Shown in pieces: positions 40,204-48,736 of a stretch of DNA of 64,000 nt (the stretch's first letter is position 1; the number at the start of each line of letters is the position of its first letter). The notes below the pieces were generated by a model. That model was not told where the DNA came from. It made no database searches and worked only from the letters and a program-made list of their open reading frames with translations. Origin of the DNA: an uncultured delta proteobacterium (GTDB lineage: Bacteria > Myxococcota_A > Polyangia > Fen-1088); the NCBI GenBank assembly GCA_963796685.1, contig CAWCMR010000025.1:928001-992000 (forward strand). The letters run 5' to 3'. The position numbers were made by a program, and so were the translations under genes.

Positions 40204-40616
40204 CCTGGAACGCCTCGTCCACCTCAACGTCCGCCCGGAAACCTTGGCCGCGCTGGCCTTGGTTCCGCTCATCGAGGTCGTGTGGGCGGATGGCGAAGTG
40301 GACGACAAGGAGCGCGCCACAGTGCTTGAGCATGCCGGGAGCCAGGGCATCGCTCGTGACAGTGTTGAATACGAACTTCTAGTGCGGTGGCTCGCCCACC
40401 GGCCGGAGGACTCATTGCTGGCTGCCTGGCAGCACTACGTGCGGGGACTATGCTAACGCATCTCGGCGGAGGAGCGAGAGGCGCTCAAGCAGGAGCTGTT
40501 GCGGGATGTGCGCGAGGCCGCGAGAGCTTCCGGTGGATTCCTCGGCATGGGGAAGATCTCCAGCCAGGAGAAACAAGTTCTCGCCAAACTCGAATCCAGC
40601 TTCGGTATGGAGTAGA
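40200..40616 (+). pseudogene. 5'-truncated TerB-like gene with internal stop at 40454
   Basis: 'PLIEVVWADGEVDDKER', 'ASGGFLGMGKISSQEKQVL'. Confidence 0.7.
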
Positions 40617-40646
40617 CTGGCGCTGAGAGCTCAAGCGGACAGCACC

Positions 40647-41024
40647 ATGGCAAAATCAATGCGCAGCTTCCCTGCCGTCTTCGTGTTTGCCGTGCTCGTG
40701 TCCGTGATCGCATCCGCCGCAACGCCAACACCGGATCGTTTCTGTCATCATGAGGCCACGGAGCTTGCTGGCATCAACCAGGAAGACGCGGCCTTGAGCA
40801 ACGATGTGCCCGCTGGAACCCTGCAATTGCGGCCGCGCCTTCAAGGCGTCGCAGGAAGAATTCACCGGGCAACGGGCATGCACCCCGCGGTGATGGGCGA
40901 TCCCGCACCGACGATACAGGTTCCTCCGCCCCGACCAATCTCCGTATGCGCCAGCGGTCGGTTTTGGATTGATGATCCGAAAGCCCTGACCCAGGCATCG
41001 CCACGCGGACCTCCATCCGTCTAG
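40647..41024 (+). CDS. Small secreted hypothetical protein
   Basis: Signal-like N-terminus; ends 'PRGPPSV'. Confidence 0.4.
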   Translation: MAKSMRSFPAVFVFAVLVSVIASAATPTPDRFCHHEATELAGINQEDAALSNDVPAGTLQLRPRLQGVAGRIHRATGMHPAVMGDPAPTIQVPPPRPISVCASGRFWIDDPKALTQASPRGPPSV

Positions 41025-41240
41025 TCGGCGCGCCACCGCCAGACAAAGCGCCGGGCCACACTGTGGCACCGGCACGGCGGGGGCGTGTGGCCTGGACGGT
41101 TCGTACACCGCTGGAAGCGGGAGCACCCGGGGATGATGCGAAGGCGGGACCCGGCTGGTGGTGGAATGCCGCAGCCCGTGCACGCCTCAAGCCGGGATTT
41201 TAGTGCATTCAGTTACGACACAGACACGGAGGTATTCATC

Positions 41241-42072
41241 ATGGAACGAATCAACCCCAAGCAAATGGGGACAGCTCGAGAAGCGGGTTGGTTGCTCGGG
41301 CCTGTAGTGGTTTCGTACTGTCCTGAGGAGAGCATCGACGAAATGCTCGCCCAGGCTCGCGATGTGGCTACGGCAGCCATGGTCGAAGTGAGATCCTGCA
41401 ATGGTGCCGACAGCCCTTCGGGCGACATTTCAGCCCTTGCCGCGGCAACCGGGGCGGGTCTCGTGGTCTTGCCTGGCTCACTGATGAACACTGTAGAAGG
41501 ACCACGCCATCTGCGCGCAGCCATGGCAACCGCACGCCCGGTGCTCCTGGCGCGAGCCAGCCCGGGTGGCCCGGTGATAACAGTAGCGGGCGCGCCGCGG
41601 GCAGGCCTGGGGGTTATGGCCGTGGCTGCCGATGAAGCGCGCCGGCTCGACCGCCCGTTTCTCGTGGTCCACGCAGCCGAGGGAACAGTCGGAGGCCACG
41701 AACGACGACTTGGGGCCGGTGAGTGCCATGAGCCTGAGGGCTTGCCTTGGAACAATCCGGCTGCGTTGGGGTGTGACGGCCGAGGCTCGGCCAATCCAAG
41801 GTCCGTGGGTCCCGTCGCTGTCGTCCTTGGCCAGGGCATGCAAGGCCCGCCTGATAGTCCTGGGGGCCTACGAAGGTGCCCGCACCGACGCTGCCAGCAG
41901 AACGCAAAGGATGCTGGAAATAGCCGGCGTGGCGCCATGCTCGGTCCTGCTGCTGCCCCACCTGCCGGAACAGGGGCAGTGGTTCGCGGAACCCACCAAG
42001 CCACCTGAGGCGTGGCCTCGCCCACGAATTGCTAACAACCCACTCACTCTAGCCCCCGGAGAAATCCAATGA
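41241..42072 (+). pseudogene. Degenerate universal stress protein-like gene
   Basis: 'GLVVLPG', 'RPVLLAR', 'LVVHA', shifted 'ARLIVLG...APCSVLL'; GGAGG RBS. Confidence 0.5.
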
Positions 42073-42199
42073 CACCTGAGACACACGATGCAGACGAGAC
42101 GGAAGCGCCGGCGACCCAACATCAACCGACCCTGCCAAACCACAAGTTGACCATCGCTCTGATCGGGCTGGCCGTCGGATTCATCGTCCTCGTTGCCCT

Positions 42200-42390
42200 C
42201 AACATGAAGTAGGGCCCTGGCACCGAGCGACGGCACCAGCACGACCGCGCGGTTCGCGGCCTTGCCGGCTAACCTGGTCTTCGTGACGTCGAGCCTGTTC
42301 GCCGGCAACCTCGGCAGTGCCGCCGCCTATCAGACCCAGTGCAACCAGCTCGCGACGGCGGCGGGGATCAACAATGGGACGGGCGACGCC
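42200..42390 (+). pseudogene. DUF1554-like fragment
   Basis: 'NLVFVTSSLFAGNLGS...CNQLATAAG'. Confidence 0.45.
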
Positions 42391-42399
42391 TCCCCGGGC

Positions 42400-42609
42400 C
42401 CAGGAGACGATGCACTCGTCGAATCCGACATCCTCGGGCCGAGTGAATCGTTGCGCGCGCGACTCGACTACTTCGCGCACGGGCGTGACCAACGAGCACA
42501 AGTCGAGCGTCTAGCTGCCACCGCCCCTCGCGTTCTCGCGTGCATGCACGGTCACGCCTGGGCGGGCGATGGTGCGGCCTTGCTACGAGAGCTCGCCTCG
42601 TTGATCTGA
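42400..42609 (+). pseudogene. 3' fragment of an MBL-fold (flavodiiron-like) protein
   Basis: 'LAATAPRVLACMHGHAWAGDGAALLRELA'. Confidence 0.6.
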
Positions 42610-42737
42610 TGACCTTTCCAGCTGCTCCGCCGTCGCCTGGCAGAACCGGGCGAACGGAAATGCTGACTTGGTCCCACCCGCCACCCCCCACCCCGCTCGC
42701 TCCGCTCGGCATCGCATGATGGACCCGGATAGTTTGG

Positions 42738-43751
42738 TCAGATGTTGAAACCGAAATTCAACAATGGAAAGCCAAGGGGCAACACCTGGTAGAAATCGCC
42801 GCAGCCACCTTTGCAAATGGGGGCGGCGAACCCGATGTCGCCCCAAATGCTTTCCCCCTTGATGCGCAAGCCGTACAGCAAGAATTCGATCTCACCGAAG
42901 TACGATTTCTTGCTGTCAAACACCCCTGGCGCGACGAATTCGACGCCGAAGGAAGCCCTTTTCCCAATGGGAAAGGAGACACCTCCATAGGGCAGCACCA
43001 GTCCCACGCTCTCGTGGTCAACGAAGAGCCCGTACACCTCGGTGCCGAGGTTGAAGACAACATCCTTGCCGAGCGACAATGTCGGACCGCCGCCAAGGAT
43101 AAGCAGGCTCCAGTTGGCGTTGCCCACGATAGGAGCGAAGAAGCCGCCCAGGCCGTGAAAGGCGATAGCGCCACCCTCGAAGGGCATGGAGACCTTGAGT
43201 TGCGGCATCACGGCGAACAATCCGACAGGAGGACCGGTGCGCAGCCCGATCTCGGCGTTGTCGCTGAGGCCGTAGTTGATGTCCCAGTAGCCCAAATCCG
43301 TGGTCGAAAAGCTGACCTTGCCCTTTTCCGTGGTGTACGCGGTAGGGAATAGGATGATCCTGCCGCGGCCGGGATCGCGATGCTCTGGGGCCTCGGCGCT
43401 CACTTGTTCTATCGGCGGCTGCGCACCGCCGGACCGGCTGGGACGCGGCGGCGCCGGCACCCCATACAGTCGAACGATGGCACGGGCGGCGTGATCGTAC
43501 GTAGCCGGATCTGCCGCCATCCGGTACAGCGTCGGGCGCGCTCGGCCCTCCGGGTCGCCGTTCTCGGCCAGCACGTCGATGCAGTAGAGACGGGGCTGAA
43601 GATCCCGACTGGCGCACAGGGTGAGCACCCGGTCGATGGCCGCGTCAGACGCCGCACTCGTCGGCGGCCCGCCCTGTGCATGCGCGCCGATCGGCCACGT
43701 CACGACAGCAAGTACAAGAGCCAAACCAACTGCTGAGCCTTTTGCCATCAT
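42738..43751 (-). CDS. Secreted protein with HEAT-like N-terminus and outer-membrane beta-barrel-like C-terminus
   Basis: Signal peptide, 'FPTAYTTEKG', amphipathic strands, terminal 'FGFNI'. Confidence 0.65.
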   Translation of the reverse strand: MMAKGSAVGLALVLAVVTWPIGAHAQGGPPTSAASDAAIDRVLTLCASRDLQPRLYCIDVLAENGDPEGRARPTLYRMAADPATYDHAARAIVRLYGVPAPPRPSRSGGAQPPIEQVSAEAPEHRDPGRGRIILFPTAYTTEKGKVSFSTTDLGYWDINYGLSDNAEIGLRTGPPVGLFAVMPQLKVSMPFEGGAIAFHGLGGFFAPIVGNANWSLLILGGGPTLSLGKDVVFNLGTEVYGLFVDHESVGLVLPYGGVSFPIGKRASFGVEFVAPGVFDSKKSYFGEIEFLLYGLRIKGESIWGDIGFAAPICKGGCGDFYQVLPLGFPLLNFGFNI

Positions 43752-44084
43752 GACCTCTGAGCGGACGTGTCAGCCTTGAACGAACAAGGCGGCTTCTCCA
43801 TATTGGCACGAAGTGTCTATTTTCGACAGAATATTGAGCGCGGCGCGAGAAGTGTTCTTCTACCCTTGCCGCTTGGGCCGCAGTGATACACGGCAGAGCG
43901 ATGCGACATCATGAAATCTAGCTTGCGGCACTTGCAAGGCCCAAGCCGGCGGCAAAGAGCCAGCATTCCCGACCAGAGCAGCCCCAACGCACGACGAAAC
44001 CGGGACAATCCGATCGCGGTGCTACGGGACGACCTTTGGGTCTCGGGCGCAACACGGCATACCCGATTGACCTGGGCGCCTAGC

Positions 44085-45356
44085 CTAGGATAGGTACAGC
44101 AGCACGTCTGCCCAAGTTTCATCGGGAACGGAAACCTTCGACTTGTAGGACATCGGCCACTTCTTCTGCGGTTGAAAACCCAGCTTGTTGGTTTGCAGGA
44201 ATCGGTTGGCCACAGCGCCGTTCTGAAAGAACGATGCCTTCGGCCACGCGGTTTGATGGGTGTTCAGGGTGGTCGTCAGACTGGATCCGCGCACCTGGTC
44301 GACGGAATCGCGCTGTTCCTGGGGTGGCGTTGCGTACAGCCGGTCGCCAGCGACATTGAAGGCGCTGTGAAAGTAGCCGATGGGCAGGGTCTCGATGGGC
44401 CTTTTCGCCACGTCTTCTTCGGACGTCATGTAGTCGACGCCGACGATATTCTTGCAGAACCAGCAATACGCGTAGTTGTAGTCCCATATCCGGAACTTCT
44501 TGTCCACGCACGTCGACCGTCGCGCATCCGGGTCGTCCTTGTGTTTGTACGTGACGACCTTGACGCCCTTATCGTTCAGCTCGTAATAGCCGATGTCGAT
44601 CAACAGCTCTTCGTATTTTGCCTTGTGAAAGTACGAGATCTGGCCCTGAGTGTTTCTGGATATTTGGCCGTGGACATAGGCTTCCATGCACCGGTCGTAG
44701 TCCTTGGCAGGCCAATTGTGGTTTCTGAACCACATCCAGCATCCGTTGGTGTTGTGCAAACCGTGGATGTAGTTCTCGTGCATCAAGTTCTGGCCGCCTT
44801 TGTCCGACAACGCGTGCCAAATCGAGTAGTGGGCCGCGTCCGCCATGGGACAGACCGAGAGCACGCACTTCTTTTCTTCACATTGGTCGAGCGACGCATT
44901 CGGCGCAAGGCGCTTCGGCTTGACCTTTGGCCAGTTGTCATCCGTGACCCAGAACCGCTGGGTGTACGCGACGAGCATGGCTTTCTCATTCGGCCGACAC
45001 CAGAACACGGCGCATTCGGCATTCGACCTGACGCCCTTGGCGTCCTGCGTTCCAATCGCCCCTCCCATGCTGCCCTGAAGCCCATCACTTGTCTTCTGGA
45101 TGAAGACGACCAGTCGGCCATCGGCTCCGAAAGCGTTGCTGCTCCGGTAGGAACGCAAAACGCCCACCTGTTGGGGCGTGAGGCGAGCGATGAACGCGGT
45201 GAGAGCATCGAGGTTGAGGTCGTAGTTGCTCAGCTGGTAGTTGCCACTGGACTTGGGCTTCGGGAACTCATGGATCATCACCTCGTGGAGGCCCCGGTCC
45301 GAGGTGACGACGATGTCGGCCGTGCCGACCGCGGGTATGGATTTTCCGTTTGCCAT
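44085..45356 (-). CDS. Hypothetical protein, possible L,D-transpeptidase-fold effector
   Basis: 423-aa ORF; 'YIHGLHNTNGCW'. Confidence 0.6.
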   Translation of the reverse strand: MANGKSIPAVGTADIVVTSDRGLHEVMIHEFPKPKSSGNYQLSNYDLNLDALTAFIARLTPQQVGVLRSYRSSNAFGADGRLVVFIQKTSDGLQGSMGGAIGTQDAKGVRSNAECAVFWCRPNEKAMLVAYTQRFWVTDDNWPKVKPKRLAPNASLDQCEEKKCVLSVCPMADAAHYSIWHALSDKGGQNLMHENYIHGLHNTNGCWMWFRNHNWPAKDYDRCMEAYVHGQISRNTQGQISYFHKAKYEELLIDIGYYELNDKGVKVVTYKHKDDPDARRSTCVDKKFRIWDYNYAYCWFCKNIVGVDYMTSEEDVAKRPIETLPIGYFHSAFNVAGDRLYATPPQEQRDSVDQVRGSSLTTTLNTHQTAWPKASFFQNGAVANRFLQTNKLGFQPQKKWPMSYKSKVSVPDETWADVLLYLS

Positions 45357-45379
45357 CTTGTTCGTTCCGTTCGGGTCGA

Positions 45380-46825
45380 CTAGACCGGCCGGGTGGCGAC
45401 GCAGTCCTTGTCCTTGAAGATCTTGTTGAGCTCGGCCTTGGTGTCCTGATTGCTCGCCAACTTGTAGTCGGACCGGAAGGCCGACTCGGCCTCGGCATAG
45501 GTCATGTCCTTTTCGTCATAGCCGAGGTCGTGCAGTCGCTGCGTCGCGACCGCGTCCGAGGTGGTCGCGGTTGCATCGTCGATCTCCGACGCTCCACAGT
45601 CGATGTGAAGCTCGCGCGAGTATAGGTAGACGTCCTGTCCCGCCAGGCTGCCGAGTGTCTCCCATTCGACTTCGATGGTTGCAGGGCAAACCGACGGCTC
45701 GGGAACCTGCGCCCACCCGTCAGCGTCCGCTTGGTACGCGTCCGACCATTGCGCATCGCCGGGAAAGCGATAGCGGTAGAAAGTCTCGGGCATGAGCTTG
45801 CCCGCGTGATCGTGCAGCCGAACACGGACGAGGTTGGTCCCGGCCGGGAAGGGAGCCGATGGATCGAGGGGAAGGTTTTTGCGTTTGAATTTGGCCGTAT
45901 CGAACAGCTCGCAGCCGGCTGAAGCGCAGGTGCCGCTGTCGAGGCAGGGAATGGCGGGCTTCTCGTCGGGGTCCAGGAACATCACTTCGACGCGACGGTT
46001 GGTCTGGCTACGGTAGTTGTTTCTGCCCACCTCATCGATGGGCTTGCTCTCGCCGCACGCCACCAGGTGCTGCGCCGAATCGAAATACACGACTTGTTCC
46101 CGCGCGGTCTCGAGGCCTTGCTCGTCGGTTCCCAGCTTGGTCATCAAGTCGCGGCAGTAGCAGTCGTAGACCGCGCCCCAAGTCTCCTCGTTGAACGTCC
46201 CGTTTTCCCCGATCTTGGGATTGCTGCCACGCAGATCGCTGAGATTGTAGCTCTTCTGGAATTTCACCGTGGCGTTCCACAGCGTGGGATTTCCAGTGGG
46301 ATATCCGCAAGGCCAGACGAAGGTGGTCTGCGCCCAGTTGAGGATATCCTGATAGTCGTCCCACAGCACACCCTTCTTCTTGCCGCTGCCGCCGTCGGGA
46401 TAGCGCTGCTCCGCGGTCAGATGGGGTCCGAAGCAGGCATGGGCGAATTGCTGCCGGTCGCCGGCGAGCATGCCGTGCACGGCCTCGGCACGAAGGCGGG
46501 ACAGCGTGACGTTGTACTCGTCGCTGCCAGAGGTGTCGGTGTGACCGGCAACAAGGATGGTCTTTCCTGTGCGGGTCTTCGCGTACTGCAAGCAGGCTCG
46601 TATCACGTCGAGCCCGGGACGCGATTCTCCGTCTGCCGAGGGCGCCGTCTCTCCGGGCAGCAGGACCGCGCTGTTGAAGCGAATCAGCGTGTCGCCGACT
46701 TCGAGGAATTCTATCTCGGGGTCGCAAACCATGATTCGGTAGGCGTGACCACTCTCCAAGCTCTGGGTCAGCCCTTGCCCAGAGAGCTGTTTTCGCTTCA
46801 CGCGGATGACCACGTCGTCTGCCAT
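45380..46825 (-). CDS. OmpA_C-domain protein with insertion and TTR-like beta-sandwich
   Basis: 'AGHTDTSGSDEYNVTLSRLRA' ... 'NRRVEV'; 'VRLHDHAGKLMP...ADADGWA'. Confidence 0.8.
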   Translation of the reverse strand: MADDVVIRVKRKQLSGQGLTQSLESGHAYRIMVCDPEIEFLEVGDTLIRFNSAVLLPGETAPSADGESRPGLDVIRACLQYAKTRTGKTILVAGHTDTSGSDEYNVTLSRLRAEAVHGMLAGDRQQFAHACFGPHLTAEQRYPDGGSGKKKGVLWDDYQDILNWAQTTFVWPCGYPTGNPTLWNATVKFQKSYNLSDLRGSNPKIGENGTFNEETWGAVYDCYCRDLMTKLGTDEQGLETAREQVVYFDSAQHLVACGESKPIDEVGRNNYRSQTNRRVEVMFLDPDEKPAIPCLDSGTCASAGCELFDTAKFKRKNLPLDPSAPFPAGTNLVRVRLHDHAGKLMPETFYRYRFPGDAQWSDAYQADADGWAQVPEPSVCPATIEVEWETLGSLAGQDVYLYSRELHIDCGASEIDDATATTSDAVATQRLHDLGYDEKDMTYAEAESAFRSDYKLASNQDTKAELNKIFKDKDCVATRPV

Positions 46826-46990
46826 TGGAATCTCCGGTCCAGAATGGGCCTAACGGTCCACGAGCATGCTACACGTTGCCGATTGGCAAGGCCAGGCGAT
46901 CTGCCGACATCACGAGGCTTCCCGTCGCTTGCCGAGGGTGTATAGTCGGCCGTCTATCGAAGCGCGAACACGTCGGCATCCTGGGCAAGC

Positions 46991-47635
46991 ATGAGCGAAG
47001 ATCCGTACCGCACCCTGAAGGACGGGCAATCGGTGGAAAGCATCGCCGCCGCCATTGGCTTGCCGATCGAGACCATCTGGAACGCCCCGGAAAACCGAGC
47101 CCTGCGCGAGCTGCGCGGGGATCCACACGTGGTGAACCCGGGGGACAAGCTCTTCGTGCCACCGACCGCCCCGAAGACGTATACGTTCGAGACCGGCAAG
47201 CGCCACCAGGTCGTCATCCCGACTGTCAAGTCGAAGCTGCAACTTCAGTTCAAGCATGAGGGAAAGCCCCGTGCATTTCAGCCCTACGTGTTGAAGATCG
47301 ACGGGGGCAAGGAAAAGACCGACAAGACCGATGACCAGGGCAAGATGGAAACGGAGATTTCGGCCCTGGCCAAGACGGCAACCATCAGCGTGGGCCAAGG
47401 CAAGGACCAGGTGTCTTACACCCTGGAGCTTCGCGGTCTGCACCCGACAAGCGTGACCACGGGTTGGCAGGCGAGGCTGCACAACCTCGGGTATTCGGTG
47501 GGCAAGGTCGACGGCCAGCCCGGCCGGCGGAGCGAAGCTGCGCTCTGTGCTTTTCAAGAGGATCAGAAGAAGCAGCCCACCGGTAAGCCGGATCAAGACA
47601 CCCAAGACAAATTGAAGGAGCTCCGTGGCTGCTGA
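46991..47635 (+). CDS. LysM + TTR-like + PG_binding_1 protein
   Basis: 'GQSVESIA...IWNAPEN...NPGDKLFVP'; 'QARLHNLGY...DG...ALCAFQ...TG'. Confidence 0.85.
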   Translation: MSEDPYRTLKDGQSVESIAAAIGLPIETIWNAPENRALRELRGDPHVVNPGDKLFVPPTAPKTYTFETGKRHQVVIPTVKSKLQLQFKHEGKPRAFQPYVLKIDGGKEKTDKTDDQGKMETEISALAKTATISVGQGKDQVSYTLELRGLHPTSVTTGWQARLHNLGYSVGKVDGQPGRRSEAALCAFQEDQKKQPTGKPDQDTQDKLKELRGC

Positions 47636-48716
47636 CCGTCCGGCGTTGACTGCCGAGGAGCGTGACGCCCTGGCCAGCGCGGACGGCTGGCGGCAGGCCA
47701 CCCGGGACCAGCACTTTTGTCTGACCAACCGCCTGGTCGCCGATCTCGACATCGTCGGTATCGATATGGAGAATGCCGACTTCGTCGATGTCGTGTTCCG
47801 CAATGTCCGCTTCCGCGATACGCGCTTCCGGCGAACACGATTCGCCGACGTGACCTTCGACTGGTGCGGCTTGACGAACACCGGCTTTCACGGCTGCGAG
47901 ATGACGAAATGGGTGTTCACCGACAGCGAAGCCAAGCACCTCGAGCTTCGCGACTGCTCCGTCCGTGGTTGGTCGTCGCAGGGCTGCACCTTCGCATGCT
48001 GCGTCTGGCAGGACGTGCAAATCCATGGGTTCGTCGACCACATGGGCCTTTTCGAGGATGCGACGTGGACCAACGTTGTCATCGACCAACCGCACTGGAG
48101 GCGAACGCTGCTGCGCCGGCCACGGCTCAATCGAGTCACGCTCGTCCAGGGCAGCCTGATCGGCGTTTCGATGGTGAACGGCGAGGCCCAGGGACTTGCG
48201 CTGCGCGAAATCGATCTGGATGGTCTCGAGATCATGCTCGGCTCGTACCAGGGGCTCGCGTTCGAGCAGATGACGGGTGTCGGCTTGCGCTTGGCGGAAC
48301 TGCAGTGCCAAGGCATCGGGCTGGTGGGCAGCGGGCGACTCACGGGTGTAAGCGCGACTGGCATCGACTGTACCGGGATGGTTGTCCACGGCAACCTGGA
48401 CCTGTCGCTATTCGGCATCGGCTACTCCAACATTCGCGATCTCCTGATCGCTGAATCACGGATATGCGGGTTGGCCATCCGTGACACGCGCGTCTCCGGT
48501 GAAAGCCTGGTCCAGTCCTCTTGGCTGGACGGCGTGGATTTCGAAAGCAGTCAAGTCGACGGCCTCGCCGTCGAGAATGCCACCATGACCACCGTGCTGC
48601 GGGTACCTGGCGCGCATTTCCGGCGATTGCGACTGGCGGCCGTCACCTATCAGGCGCCCTTCGAAATCGAGGGGCATAGCGTGACCTACCAGGAGGGCGA
48701 TGCCTTTCAGCGGTAG
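47625..48716 (+). CDS. Pentapeptide-repeat-like beta-helix protein
   Basis: 'ADFVDVVFRNVRFRDTRFRRTRFADVTF', 5-residue periodicity throughout. Confidence 0.8.
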   Translation: MAADRPALTAEERDALASADGWRQATRDQHFCLTNRLVADLDIVGIDMENADFVDVVFRNVRFRDTRFRRTRFADVTFDWCGLTNTGFHGCEMTKWVFTDSEAKHLELRDCSVRGWSSQGCTFACCVWQDVQIHGFVDHMGLFEDATWTNVVIDQPHWRRTLLRRPRLNRVTLVQGSLIGVSMVNGEAQGLALREIDLDGLEIMLGSYQGLAFEQMTGVGLRLAELQCQGIGLVGSGRLTGVSATGIDCTGMVVHGNLDLSLFGIGYSNIRDLLIAESRICGLAIRDTRVSGESLVQSSWLDGVDFESSQVDGLAVENATMTTVLRVPGAHFRRLRLAAVTYQAPFEIEGHSVTYQEGDAFQR

Positions 48717-48736
48717 CTGGCGGCTGGACCAACACC

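Noticed and set aside
12082-43000. Prophage or ICE
   Set aside because: No integrase, terminase, capsid, relaxase or conjugation genes were recognised.
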